Source: an uncultured Planctomycetaceae bacterium
GTDB lineage: Bacteria; Planctomycetota; Planctomycetia; Planctomycetales; Planctomycetaceae
DNA: 64,000 nucleotides
Assembly (NCBI GenBank): GCA_963813715.1
Contig: CAWFAK010000008.1
Span: forward strand, 96,001-160,000
Direction of reading: 5' to 3'
Both the position numbers and the translations under genes were made by a program. Below the pieces are notes generated by a model that worked only from the letters and a program-made list of their open reading frames with translations, was not told the origin of the DNA and searched no databases. This document shows positions 8,110 to 18,390 of the stretch, one piece after another. The first letter of the stretch is position 1, and every line of letters starts with the position of its first letter.

Positions 8110-10863
8110 ATGCGACGGTTCTTTGCGGTTGTCTGCGTACTGGCGGTCGGGTTGACCGCACGGGCCGAGTCGCCCGTCAAAGTCATTTCCATCGAAGGCG
8201 TGACGGAATATCGGCTGGCCAACGGAGCCCGCGTGCTCCTCTTCCCGGAAGTTTCGCGCCCCACCGTGACCGTGAACATGACCGTGCTCGTGGGCAGCCG
8301 TAACGAAGGCTACGGCGAGACGGGCATGGCCCACTTGCTCGAGCACATGGTCTTCAAGGGCACCCCCAACCATCCGAGTGTCCCCAAGGCGCTCCGCGAT
8401 CATGGGGCGAACTTTAACGGCACGACCAACGACGACCGCACGAATTACTTCGAGACGATGCCCGCCAACGACAAGAACCTCGAATTCGGCATCGCGCTCG
8501 AGTGTGATCGGCTCGTCAACAGCTTCATCAAGCGCGACGACCTGATCTCGGAAATGCCCGTCGTCCGCAACGAGTTCGAGCGCGGCGAAAACAGCCCCGC
8601 CTCCGTCCTCGACCAGCGGATTCGGGCGGCGGCCTACGAATGGCACAACTACGGCAAATCGACCATCGGCAATCGCTCCGACATCGAGCGGGTGCCGATC
8701 GAAAATCTGCAGGCCTTCTACCGCAAGTACTACCAGCCCGATAACGTCGTGCTGATCGTCGCCGGCAAGTTCGAGGAGCCCAAGGCGCTGGCCCTCGTGG
8801 AAAAATACCTGGGCTCGATTCCCAAGCCCGATCGCGACCTGCCCAACGCGTACACCGAGGAGCCCGCGCAGGACGGCGAACACCTCGTCACACTTCGGCG
8901 CGTGGGAGTCGTCGGCGAGGTGGGAGTGGCGTATCACATCCCCGCGTCGTCGCACAAGGACTCGGCGCCGCTCAGCCTGCTCGGCGGCATAATCTCCCAG
9001 GCCCCCAACGGCCGACTCTACAAGGCGCTGGTCGAATCGAAGCTGGCCACCAACGTCTCCGGCCGCGCGGAATCGATGCACGACCCCGGCCTGTTCTTCG
9101 TGCAGGCCGCCTGCGAGGCAAAAAACATCGACACCGTGCGAGACACGATGATCAAGACGCTTGAGTCGCTGGGCGACCTCCCCTTCACCAAGGATGAGGT
9201 CAACAAGGCAAAAGTCCGCCACAAGCGGCAGGCCGAAATCCTGCAATCGAACGGCCAAGGCATGTCGCAGGCTTTGAGCTCGGCGGCGAGCCGCGGCGAC
9301 TGGCGGCTGTTGTTCATCGAGCGCGATTGGATCGCGTCGACCACGGCGGAAGACGTGAATCGCGTGACGAAGGCCTATTTCAAGCAGCCCAACCGCACCG
9401 CCGGCGTTTATATTCCCACTTCCGCACCGACGCGTCTGTCGGTCCCCGGCGTGCCGTCCATTGCCGCCGTTGTCAAGGACTACAAGGGGGGCGCGGTCAC
9501 CGAGGCAGGCGAAGCCTTCGACCCGACGCCAGCCAACCTCGACAAGCGGACCAAGATCATCGACGAAGGCAACTTCAAGGCGGGCCTGTTGGCCAAGAAG
9601 AATCGCGGCGCGACGGTCTCGCTCGTGCTGACTTTGCACTACGGAAATGAAGACTCGCTCAAAGGGCTGACGACGGCAGCCGGCATGCTCCCCATGCTGA
9701 TGATGGCCGGCACAAAAAAGCACGATCGCCAGGCTCTTCGCGAGGAACTCGACGCTTTGGGCGTGCGGATTCGACCGGGCGCCGGCGGAGGCTTCCGCGG
9801 AGGACGACGCGGCGGTCGCGGCGGCGGAGGGGGCGGCGCGGCAGGTCAGCTCACCTTCTCGGTCGACGCGAAACGCGACACGCTTCCCGCGGCCCTTAAG
9901 CTGCTGGCAGAAATCCTCCGCGAGCCCGCGTTTCCCGAGGAAGAATTCGAGATTCAAAAGGACCGCATGGTTCAGGGCGCCTCCTCTGTCCGCACGGAGC
10001 CGATGCCCTTGGCGATGAACCGGCTCAGCCGCTCGTTGTCTCCCTACCCGCGCGATGACGTGCGCTACTCTCCCACCATCGAGGAAAACCTCGCCCGCGT
10101 GAAGGGAGTGACCCTCGACCAGATCAAGCAGCTCTATGAGACGCAGATCGGCGGCTCGAAGGCCGAGCTGGGCGTCGTCGGCGAGTTCGATCCCGACACC
10201 ACGGTGAAACTCGTCAAAGACATCCTCAACGGGTGGGCGTCGAAGGTCCCGATCAAGCGGATCGACCACCGCGTGGCCGACGACGTCCGTGGAGCGATGA
10301 CCGATATCATCACCCCTGACAAGGAGAATGCCGAATACCTCGCCGGCGTGAGCTTCCCGATGACCGATAACGATCCCGACTATCCCGCGATGCGGATTGC
10401 CAACTTCATTTTCGGCGGCAGCACGCTCGCGTCTCGAATCGGCGACCGGATCCGGCAGAAGGACGGCCTCTCGTACGGGGCCAGCTCGTCGTTTACCGCT
10501 TCGTCGCGCGATCCGGTGGCCCAGCTGACGGTGACCGTCAGCACCAACCCGGTGAATATCGGCAAGGTGACCAGCGATGTGCAGGAAGAGCTCGACCTCT
10601 TCCTGAAGGACGGCCCGACCGACAAAGAGCTGGCGGATGCCAGACAGGCCTTCGTGGAGGGCCAGAAGGTCGGCCGCACGACCGACGATGCGATCGCCGC
10701 GCAAATCGTCTCGCACATGGACATCGGCCGCACTTTTGCTCACGAAGCGGCGCAGGAGAAGGCGATTCTCGAGCTGACGCCGCAAAAGGTCACCGAGGCC
10801 TTCCGCAAGCACGTCGATCCCAAGAAGCTCGTCATCATCCGCGCGGGGGACTTCAAGAAATAG
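8110..10863 (+). CDS. M16-family zinc peptidase (pitrilysin/PqqL-like), exported
   Basis: Signal peptide, HLLEH Zn motif, NGTTNDDRTNY, four-domain length, C-terminal SRIGDRIRQKDGLSYG. Confidence 0.95.
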   Translation: MRRFFAVVCVLAVGLTARAESPVKVISIEGVTEYRLANGARVLLFPEVSRPTVTVNMTVLVGSRNEGYGETGMAHLLEHMVFKGTPNHPSVPKALRDHGANFNGTTNDDRTNYFETMPANDKNLEFGIALECDRLVNSFIKRDDLISEMPVVRNEFERGENSPASVLDQRIRAAAYEWHNYGKSTIGNRSDIERVPIENLQAFYRKYYQPDNVVLIVAGKFEEPKALALVEKYLGSIPKPDRDLPNAYTEEPAQDGEHLVTLRRVGVVGEVGVAYHIPASSHKDSAPLSLLGGIISQAPNGRLYKALVESKLATNVSGRAESMHDPGLFFVQAACEAKNIDTVRDTMIKTLESLGDLPFTKDEVNKAKVRHKRQAEILQSNGQGMSQALSSAASRGDWRLLFIERDWIASTTAEDVNRVTKAYFKQPNRTAGVYIPTSAPTRLSVPGVPSIAAVVKDYKGGAVTEAGEAFDPTPANLDKRTKIIDEGNFKAGLLAKKNRGATVSLVLTLHYGNEDSLKGLTTAAGMLPMLMMAGTKKHDRQALREELDALGVRIRPGAGGGFRGGRRGGRGGGGGGAAGQLTFSVDAKRDTLPAALKLLAEILREPAFPEEEFEIQKDRMVQGASSVRTEPMPLAMNRLSRSLSPYPRDDVRYSPTIEENLARVKGVTLDQIKQLYETQIGGSKAELGVVGEFDPDTTVKLVKDILNGWASKVPIKRIDHRVADDVRGAMTDIITPDKENAEYLAGVSFPMTDNDPDYPAMRIANFIFGGSTLASRIGDRIRQKDGLSYGASSSFTASSRDPVAQLTVTVSTNPVNIGKVTSDVQEELDLFLKDGPTDKELADARQAFVEGQKVGRTTDDAIAAQIVSHMDIGRTFAHEAAQEKAILELTPQKVTEAFRKHVDPKKLVIIRAGDFKK

Positions 10864-10954
10864 CCATTTCGCCGGGAGATGATTCCCGCCGATTGCGGAT
10901 TGCGCGGCGGCCCGTCGATTCGGGTCGCCGCGTGTTTTTCCCGAGACCGTCCGC

Positions 10955-11290
10955 ATGACTGCCGATCAGTTTCGCCGTTTGGCGCTCGCACTTCCCGGCG
11001 TTTTGGAGAACGCCCACATGGGGCACCCGGACTTCCGCGTCGGCGGGAAGATCTTTGCGACGTTGGGAGCGCCCAAGGAGGGTTGCGCGATGGTAAAACT
11101 GACGCCCGCCCAACAGCAGCGCTTCCTCCGCGAACAGCCCGAGATTTTCGCGCCGTCCACAGGAGCCTGGGGGCGACAAGGGTGCACTAACGTGCGACTC
11201 AAGGCGGCCACGAAGGCGAAACTGCAATCGGCCCTGGTCGCGGCATGGCGCAATCGCGCGCCGGACGATCTGGTTGGGGAAGTGAGCTAG
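10955..11290 (+). CDS. MmcQ/YjbR-family protein
   Basis: ALALPGV...HMGHPDFRVGGKIFATL...GAWGRQG...AAW. Confidence 0.88.
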   Translation: MTADQFRRLALALPGVLENAHMGHPDFRVGGKIFATLGAPKEGCAMVKLTPAQQQRFLREQPEIFAPSTGAWGRQGCTNVRLKAATKAKLQSALVAAWRNRAPDDLVGEVS

Positions 11291-11337
11291 TACAGGGCTC
11301 TCGGTGACCTTCACGGCCGCTTAGAAGGAGAGAAGCC

Positions 11338-13636
11338 GTGACGAATAGATTTGCGCAAGCCCGCGCGACGCGAATTTTCGGCCTTGCGACTGCGGTCGGC
11401 ATCATGATCGCGTGCGGCCTCGTGGGCCTCGGCTCCCTGGCGGCCCGCGCAGGAAGCGCCGACCCCAAGGACTTCGCCCTCCGGGCCGGCCGCCGCGACG
11501 CGGAATCTGAATTTCCCGCAGAATGTCACTAAGTCCGAGATTGCCGGCGTCGTCGTCGACTCGGCGGGCAAACCTCTTTCGGGCTGCCTGGTCGATGCCT
11601 GGACGTGGTATCCGGGCGACGAGACACACACCGACGAAAACGGGGCATTCCGCCTGCGGCCGATCAACAACGATCCGCAGCACCTCGAAGTCCGAGTGAG
11701 CAAGCCGGGCTACTCGCCCTATTACAACCCGCAGCTCTTGCGCGGCCAAAAAGACTTGGTCATCACGCTGGGCAACAAAACATATGTCGAAGGAACCGTG
11801 CGCGACGGGCGGGGGACCCCGGTGCCCGCCGCGACGATCGTCGGCCAACAAGGTCCCAAGCAGGGCGACGGAGTCCTCGTCACCGAGGTCCGCACGTCGA
11901 CGACTTCCGACGCGCGGGGACACTATCGCCTCTATCTGTTTCCCGACAACTACGAAATCCTGGTGGCGGTGCCCGGGGCCGGCACGCGGCGGCTGACGGG
12001 CGTGACGCTCGCTCCCGACCAGTCCCGGCAGATCGAACTCGACCTCCAGCCGGGAGTGCGGTTCCAGGCCAAAGTGGTCGACGTCAACACCGCGCAGCCG
12101 GTGGAAAAATTCGTGCTCTATAGTTGGCGAGACAAAAGGATCCTGGGAGTGTCGGACGCGCAGGGCAAGCTCGTCATCGACGAGATGCTGCCCGGCAAGG
12201 TCGAGTTCAACGTGGGCTTCGGCAAGCCGAAGGGGCGATACTACGACCACGGCGAGCTGGGCCGCTGGTGGTCAGGTGAGGCCGTCAATGAATGGCAACG
12301 AAAGACGATCGAGCCCTCGGGCTGGCAGCGGAATTTCGACGATCTGACCTTCAACCTGTCACCGGACATGAAGCCAGTGTTGATCGAGGTTGAACAAGGT
12401 ACGGTCTTTTCCGGCCACGTCTACGATCCGGACGGCAACCCCGTGTTTGGGGCGACCGTGGCCCCCGCGCATTCCGGCACGGGCAACTCGCTCACCGGCG
12501 ACACCCGCTACAGCGTCCGAACGGCCTCCGACGGCAGTTATCGCGCGGTGATGCCTGCCAGCAATCGCGACAGTTACAACCTGATGGCGCACGACGGTGC
12601 GTACGGCCGCTGGCGGAAGTGGGCCAACGCCGTCTCCGAGCCCGTGAGATCGAGCCCTGGCCAGCGGTTCGAGAATTTCGATCTCAAGCTGACGCGCGGC
12701 GCGACGGTCCGGGGACGGGTCACCACCGACGGCCGTCGCCTGATCGGCAAGCGCGAGGTCCGCGCACAGGCCGCCGACCTGCTCGAGAACCGCTACTACG
12801 ACCCCACGGTGAAGGTCCGCGAAGACGGCTCGTTCGAGCTGAAGTTGATTCGCCCGGGAAAGAACTACATCCAGCTCAGCCCGTTCTGGTTGAGCGCTGC
12901 CAACGCCCCCAGGCCCAGCTCGGTCATGCTTGATCTCAAGGCGAGCGAGGTGCGCGAGGGGATCGAGCTGCACGTCCCCGATGGCGGGCCGGTCGACGCG
13001 GCTCTCGGCCTTCGCGACTTTCGCATCATGGTGTTCGACCACGCGGGCAAGCCGGCCGCCAACCGCCGCGTCGCCGTCTCGCGGGCCAACGGCGGCGGCC
13101 CCGCGAGTCGCTCGTTCTTCACGGCCCTTGTCGGCCCGCCCGGCGGGCTGTCGAAACGGATCAGTAAAGAGAACCCGGACGGCCGCGACTTTACGACCGG
13201 GGCGGACGGCACGGTCACCATTCCCGGCAAGACTCTGTTCGATCGCGGCGCCTCGGTCGTAACGGTCTTCGCACTCGACGCCGATCGAGAGGAGGGCGCC
13301 TTCGGCATCCTCTACGCCGACTTAGAGACGCCCGAACTCACGTTGCGGCTCTCGGCCTTTTGCGACACGACGGCGACGATCTCGAAGGACAAACTTCCGC
13401 CCCCCGATGCGCAAACCTACGCTTGCCTCACTAGCGGGGGAAAGGTCCTTGTACCTTTCTCTGTCGACGAACGGGTCGACTTGCAACTCCCGATGGGCGA
13501 CTACACGTTAACTGTGTCGAGCCGGCAGGGAAGCGCGCAAGCCGTCAAGTTCTCGGTCAAGGCGAACCAGGAACGGCTCGACCTGGGGTCGATCGCGCTG
13601 ACTCCCCATCGCGTCCCTCCTCCGTCGGTGAAATAA
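11338..13636 (+). CDS. Exported protein with repeated carboxypeptidase-regulatory-like beta-sandwich domains (frameshift near 11480)
   Basis: Signal peptide in one frame. The second frame reads RNLNFPQNVTKSEIAGVVVDSAGKPL and runs into the 11696 ORF with repeated G.V.D..G.PV..A units. Confidence 0.78.
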
Positions 13637-13650
13637 TCTGTGGGCGAACC

Positions 13651-14514
13651 ATGAGCGCTCGTCTCGTGTTAACGATCTCCTTCGCAGTGCTGGCGGCCGA
13701 CGCGTGCCGAGCTGGCGGGCCTGCGGAAACGCCGGAGCACGCCGAGTACGTGCGGAAGATGATCCCCACGCGGATCGCCGGCTCTTACAAAGCAGGCAAG
13801 CTGATCGTGATCTCCGTGCGGGGACGAATGGCCTATCTAGTCGAGCCGACGAGCAAAGTCGATCCGCAGAAGCGCTGGGTCTGGACGTTTCCCTTCTGGC
13901 TCTCGATCAACGACGGGCACGGCCAACTGCAGCACCGGTTCTACGTCGAAAAACTGTTGGCCGCCGGGTACCATGTCGCCGGGATCGACGTCGGCACTTC
14001 GTGCGGCAGCCCGGCCGCGGCCGAAGTCTGCCAGGAGTTTTATCAGCGGCTCGTGCACGAGCATGGGCTCAATCGCCGCGCACGGCTGATCGGGCAAAGC
14101 AACGGCGGCCTGATCGCCTACGGTTGGGCCTTCCGACATCCCGAGTGCGTCGAGCGGATCGCCGGCATCTGCCCGGCCACCGACTTTCGGACCTGGCCCT
14201 CGCTCCCCAACGTCGTCGCGTTTCCGACGCGCGGGCTGGATTACGGTTTGACGCACGAACAGCTGGCCGCCCGCGTGACGGAATTCAATCCGATCGACAA
14301 CCTGCGCCCGCTCGCGGAAGCCGGCGTGAAGATTCTGCACATTCACGGCGACCAGGACGACCTGGTTCCGCTGCCGGCAAATTCCCTGGAGCTGGCCGCC
14401 CGCTACAAAAAGCTGGGTGGGTCGGCGCAGGTCGTCGTGCTCAAAGGGCTCGGACACGGAGGCACGCCACTTTACGAATCGGCGCCGTTTCTGGCGTTTC
14501 TGCTGGCGGATTGA
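13651..14514 (+). CDS. Exported alpha/beta hydrolase (S9-like)
   Basis: Signal peptide, nucleophile elbow GQSNGG, HIHGDQDDLV and GLGH triad motifs. Confidence 0.85.
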   Translation: MSARLVLTISFAVLAADACRAGGPAETPEHAEYVRKMIPTRIAGSYKAGKLIVISVRGRMAYLVEPTSKVDPQKRWVWTFPFWLSINDGHGQLQHRFYVEKLLAAGYHVAGIDVGTSCGSPAAAEVCQEFYQRLVHEHGLNRRARLIGQSNGGLIAYGWAFRHPECVERIAGICPATDFRTWPSLPNVVAFPTRGLDYGLTHEQLAARVTEFNPIDNLRPLAEAGVKILHIHGDQDDLVPLPANSLELAARYKKLGGSAQVVVLKGLGHGGTPLYESAPFLAFLLAD

Positions 14515-14737
14515 AGGCCGGCCGGTGCACGCCGGCTCGGCTCTTCGAAAGGTCGCGGCACACCATTCGCATCACGACGCATTGGCCGATTGAGCGGAGC
14601 GCAAGGGCTCAGATCGGCGAACACCCGCGGTCGCGTTGAAGTCGATCGGGCAGCCAAACGAGCGACGGCCGGACAACCAGGCCTCCCGGGCGGCGCCGAG
14701 GCGGCACCGCGATTCCGGTCATCTGAAAGTGAGACAC

Positions 14738-15931
14738 ATGCCAAACTACAAGTACCTGATCGTGGGCGGAGGGATGACGGCCGACGCGGCCATCGGCGGC
14801 ATTCGAGAGGTCGACACGGCCGGGTCGATCGGCTTGATCGGCAGCGAACCGCAACCGCCGTACAACCGGCCGCCGCTCACCAAGGGGCTGTGGAAGGGGA
14901 AGCCCCTCTCGAGCATTTGGCGCCAGACCGAAAAGACCGGCGTCACCCTGCACACAGGGCGAACGGCGCGCGAGCTCGATCCGCGCCGCAAACGAGTGGT
15001 CGACGACGAGGGGACGGAATATCAGTACGAGCGCCTGCTCCTGGCGACGGGCGGAAAGCCGCGGCGGCTACCGTTCGGCGATGACGAGATCATTTATTAC
15101 CGCACGTTGGCCGACTACGAACGGCTGCGGGCACTGGCCAACAAGAAGACGTCATTCGCGATAATCGGCGGCGGTTTCATCGGCTCGGAAATCGCCGCTG
15201 CTCTCGCACTCAACGGCAAGAAGGTTTCGCTCGTCATTCCCGAGGAGGCGATCTGTGCCCGTCTGTTTCCCGCCGACCTGGCCTCCTTTCTCAACGACTA
15301 CTATCGGCGGAAGGGCGTCGACGTGCTCACCGGGCAGAAGTGCACGGGCCTCGAGCGGCACGGCGAGCAATTCTCGCTGGCCATCGAGCAGGCAGAGACC
15401 AAGGAGAAGCGACAACTGCTGGCGGACGTGGTCATTGCCGGCATCGGCATCGAGCCCAACACCGAACTGGCCCGCGCGGCCGACCTCCGCTTCGACAACG
15501 GCATTTGGGTCAATTCTGATTTGCGGACCAGCACCCCGGACATCTTCGCGGCCGGGGACGTGGCCAATTTTCACAATCCCGCCCTCGACACGCGGATGCG
15601 GGTCGAACACGAAGACAACGCCAACACGATGGGCAAAGAGGCCGGCCGCTCGATGGCCGGACGCACGGTCTCCTATGACCATCTGCCCTACTTCTACTCC
15701 GATCTGTTCGACCTGGGCTACGAAGCCGTCGGCCAGACCGACGCGAAGCTGGAGACGGTCGTCGACTGGGAGGAGCGGTACAAGAAGGGTGTCATCTACT
15801 ATCTGCTAGAAGGCCGCGTGCGGGGCGTCGTGCTCTGGAACGTTTGGGAACAAGTAAACGCCGCCCGACGCCTGATCGCCGAACGCGGCCCGTTCAAGGC
15901 CGACGACCTGAAGGGGAAACTGCCGGCCTAG
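14738..15931 (+). CDS. FAD/NAD(P)-dependent ferredoxin-reductase-like oxidoreductase
   Basis: YLIVGGG, PYNRPPLTK, LLLATGG, GGGFIGSE, IFAAGDVA, RVEH, PYFYSD. Confidence 0.92.
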   Translation: MPNYKYLIVGGGMTADAAIGGIREVDTAGSIGLIGSEPQPPYNRPPLTKGLWKGKPLSSIWRQTEKTGVTLHTGRTARELDPRRKRVVDDEGTEYQYERLLLATGGKPRRLPFGDDEIIYYRTLADYERLRALANKKTSFAIIGGGFIGSEIAAALALNGKKVSLVIPEEAICARLFPADLASFLNDYYRRKGVDVLTGQKCTGLERHGEQFSLAIEQAETKEKRQLLADVVIAGIGIEPNTELARAADLRFDNGIWVNSDLRTSTPDIFAAGDVANFHNPALDTRMRVEHEDNANTMGKEAGRSMAGRTVSYDHLPYFYSDLFDLGYEAVGQTDAKLETVVDWEERYKKGVIYYLLEGRVRGVVLWNVWEQVNAARRLIAERGPFKADDLKGKLPA

Positions 15932-16030
15932 CGGTGCAAAAGTTTGCGCCGGGCCGCTCAAGGTTTTCCGCCGCAACCGGCGATCGATGTCGCTGGTGTG
16001 TTTGCGCAGAAAAACGGACTCGGTCCCACC

Positions 16031-16105
16031 TTTCCCAAGCCGACGACTTGTCGTCGGTTCTTTCTGCTTGCGCCGGAGCCGACGACAAGTCGTCGGCTTG
16101 GGAAA
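16031..16105. repeat. REP doublet: perfect 27-bp inverted repeat with palindromic arms
   Basis: TTTCCCAAGCCGACGACTTGTCGTCGG (16031-16057) and its exact reverse complement (16079-16105), between convergent genes. Confidence 0.85.
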
Positions 16106-16223
16106 CGGACCGCCGCTAGGATTCCGCGGCCAACTCATCCCAGCGCGACCGCTTTCCCGGTCGGCGCAGTGTGTCGTCACTCACGATCGCCCGACCGTCG
16201 GCTCGATGAACGTCAAATCGGCG

Positions 16224-17987
16224 TCAGCTGCGCGGGCGGAGGAAATCGAAGTCCGCCCCTTCGTGGGCCTGCAGCACGTGATCGATGTAGAACCGCGGGT
16301 AGCCGCGGACGTGCGAGGACGTCGGCGGCTTCCAGGCCTGGCGGCGACGCTCGAGTTCGGCCGGCTCGATCACCAGTTCCAATCGCCGCTTGTCGACGTC
16401 GAGCTCGATGAAATCGCCGTCGTGGACGAGGGCCAGCGGACCGCCGGCGGCCGCCTCCGGCGCGACGTGCAGCACGACGGTGCCGTAGCCCGTGCCGCTC
16501 ATTCGCGAATCGCTGATTCGCACGAGGTCGGTCACCCCCTGCTCGAGCAGTTTGATCGGGACGGGAATCATGCCCCACTCGGGGAAACCCGGCACGCCTT
16601 TGGGCCCGGCGTTTCGCAGCACGAGCACGCTGTCGCGATCGACGGCGAGCGCCGGGTCGTTCACGCGGGCCAGCATGTCGTCATAGCTCTCGAAGACGAC
16701 GGCCGGGCCGCGGTGCTTGAGCAGGCTGGCGGACGCGGCCGACGTTTTGATCACCGCCCCGTACGGCGCCAGGTTGCCGCGGACGACGGCGAGCGCCCCG
16801 CTTTCCCGCAACGGCTCGGAGCGCGGGCGGATCACGTCGCGATCGAACGAGCGGGCGGAGGCGAGCGAATCGCCCAGCGGCCGGCCGGTGACGGTCAGGC
16901 AGTCGAGCTGCAACAGATCGCGGATCTCCGCCAGAAGCGCCGGCAGCCCACCCGCGGCATAAAAAGCCTCCATCAGGTGCTTGCCCGAAGGGCTGAGATT
17001 CGCCAACAGCGGCGTGGTTTCGGCCAATTCGTCGAAGCGGTCGAGCCGCAGGTCGATGTTACGTCGGCCGGCGATGGCGATCAGGTGAATCACCGCGTTG
17101 GTCGAACCGCCCAGCGCGTGCAGCGTGCGGATGGCGTTGTCGAAGGCGGCCGGCGTGAGGATTCGCGACGGTCGCAGATCCTCGTTCACGAGCGCGACGC
17201 TGCGACGGCCGGTCGCCTCGGCCGCGGCGACGCGGCGGGCGTCGGTCGCGGGAATGGACGACGTGCCGGGCAGCATCATGCCGAGCGCCTCGGAGAGGGC
17301 CGTCATCGTCGACGCGGTCCCCATCGTGTTGCAGGCGCCGGCCGAGCAGCCGTAACAGGCTTCGATCTCGCGGAAGTCTTCGTCACTGATCCGCCCGGCC
17401 CGCAGCTCGTCCCAATACTTCCACAAATCGGTGCCGGTGCCCACTTCGGCACCGCGCCAGCGTCCGGTCGTCCGCGGCCCGCCGTTGAGCTGGATGGCCG
17501 GCAGGTCGGCGCTGGCGGCCGCCATCAGCTGGGCGGGCGTCGTTTTGTCGCAGTTGCACAACAGCACCACGCCGTCGATCGGGTTGGCCCGCAGCGTCTC
17601 CTCGACCTCCATCGCCATCAGGTTGCGATAGAGCATGGCCGAGGGCTTCATGAACTCTTCGCCCAGCGAAATCGTCGGGAACTCGAGCGGCAACCCGCCG
17701 GCCGCCAGCACGCCGCGCTTCACGGCGTCGGCCAGCTCGCGGAGGTTCGAGTTGCAGTTGTTGAGCTCACTCCAACTGTTGGCGATGCCGATCACCGGCC
17801 GCCCGGCATAAACCTCCGGGTCGATCCCCATCGACCGCAGCGCGGCCCGATGCTGAAAGGCCGTATCGCTGCGCCCGGCAAACCAGCGAGCGCTTCGCAG
17901 CTTTGTCTTCGATTCTGCTCCCCTCTCGCCTTGCGGGAGACGGGTTGGGGGTGAGGGGTTTCCGGCCGCCGGCGTCGAGTCTTGCAC
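16224..17987 (-). CDS. IlvD/Edd-family dehydratase (sugar-acid dehydratase-like)
   Basis: LRSARWF, IGIANSWSELNNCN, CNCDKT, GACNTMGTAS, GGSTN, SDSRMSGT, HVAPEAA. Confidence 0.93.
   Translation of the reverse strand: MQDSTPAAGNPSPPTRLPQGERGAESKTKLRSARWFAGRSDTAFQHRAALRSMGIDPEVYAGRPVIGIANSWSELNNCNSNLRELADAVKRGVLAAGGLPLEFPTISLGEEFMKPSAMLYRNLMAMEVEETLRANPIDGVVLLCNCDKTTPAQLMAAASADLPAIQLNGGPRTTGRWRGAEVGTGTDLWKYWDELRAGRISDEDFREIEACYGCSAGACNTMGTASTMTALSEALGMMLPGTSSIPATDARRVAAAEATGRRSVALVNEDLRPSRILTPAAFDNAIRTLHALGGSTNAVIHLIAIAGRRNIDLRLDRFDELAETTPLLANLSPSGKHLMEAFYAAGGLPALLAEIRDLLQLDCLTVTGRPLGDSLASARSFDRDVIRPRSEPLRESGALAVVRGNLAPYGAVIKTSAASASLLKHRGPAVVFESYDDMLARVNDPALAVDRDSVLVLRNAGPKGVPGFPEWGMIPVPIKLLEQGVTDLVRISDSRMSGTGYGTVVLHVAPEAAAGGPLALVHDGDFIELDVDKRRLELVIEPAELERRRQAWKPPTSSHVRGYPRFYIDHVLQAHEGADFDFLRPRS
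17917..17958 (-). repeat. CCCTCACCC...CTCCC...GAGAGGG palindromic repeat, copy 1, inside the dehydratase 5' end
   Basis: Minus strand reads CCCCTCACCCCCAACCCGTCTCCCGCAAGGCGAGAGGGGAGC. Confidence 0.75.
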
Positions 17988-18026
17988 CGCGATCTAAGCC
18001 CCCCTGAAACTGCCGTTCTCGGTCGA

Positions 18027-18377
18027 TCAAACTTCCATCAGAGCGAAAGAAAAATACACAATCCAGACCGCGATCGGAACGATGCGATGTCCCCGTTCGC
18101 GGCGGAGGCGCGAAACGAAGAAGCACGCCACTGAGCCCACCCCCACGAGCATGCCGACGAAGCCCACCGAGGATCCGCGATCGACCAGCGATTGTCCCGT
18201 CTGCTTGAGTGCCGAAATGACCTCCGGCGAGGCGCCGTCATGGCGGGCGTCTGGCACCCGGGCGATGCGGCCCACTCCCGCGCCAATGATGCTTTTGGCC
18301 TGGAGGTCAACCGCGACGGCGGTAAGGCCGATCACGATCGAGGCCAGATACCAGGCACGCCGGCGAAACCATTCCAT
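18027..18377 (-). CDS. Small hypothetical membrane protein
   Basis: Three hydrophobic segments; sits in an apparent operon between the MBL and dehydratase genes. Confidence 0.6.
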   Translation of the reverse strand: MEWFRRRAWYLASIVIGLTAVAVDLQAKSIIGAGVGRIARVPDARHDGASPEVISALKQTGQSLVDRGSSVGFVGMLVGVGSVACFFVSRLRRERGHRIVPIAVWIVYFSFALMEV

Positions 18378-18390
18378 CGCGCCCTTCCCC

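Noticed and set aside
7861..10956. 1031-aa minus-strand ORF, and similar long antisense ORFs at 15987-17954, 32656-34602, 38696-40678, 42810-44207 and 51044-52501
   Set aside because: Shadow frames opposite well-supported genes, expected from high-GC codon bias; no recognisable motifs.
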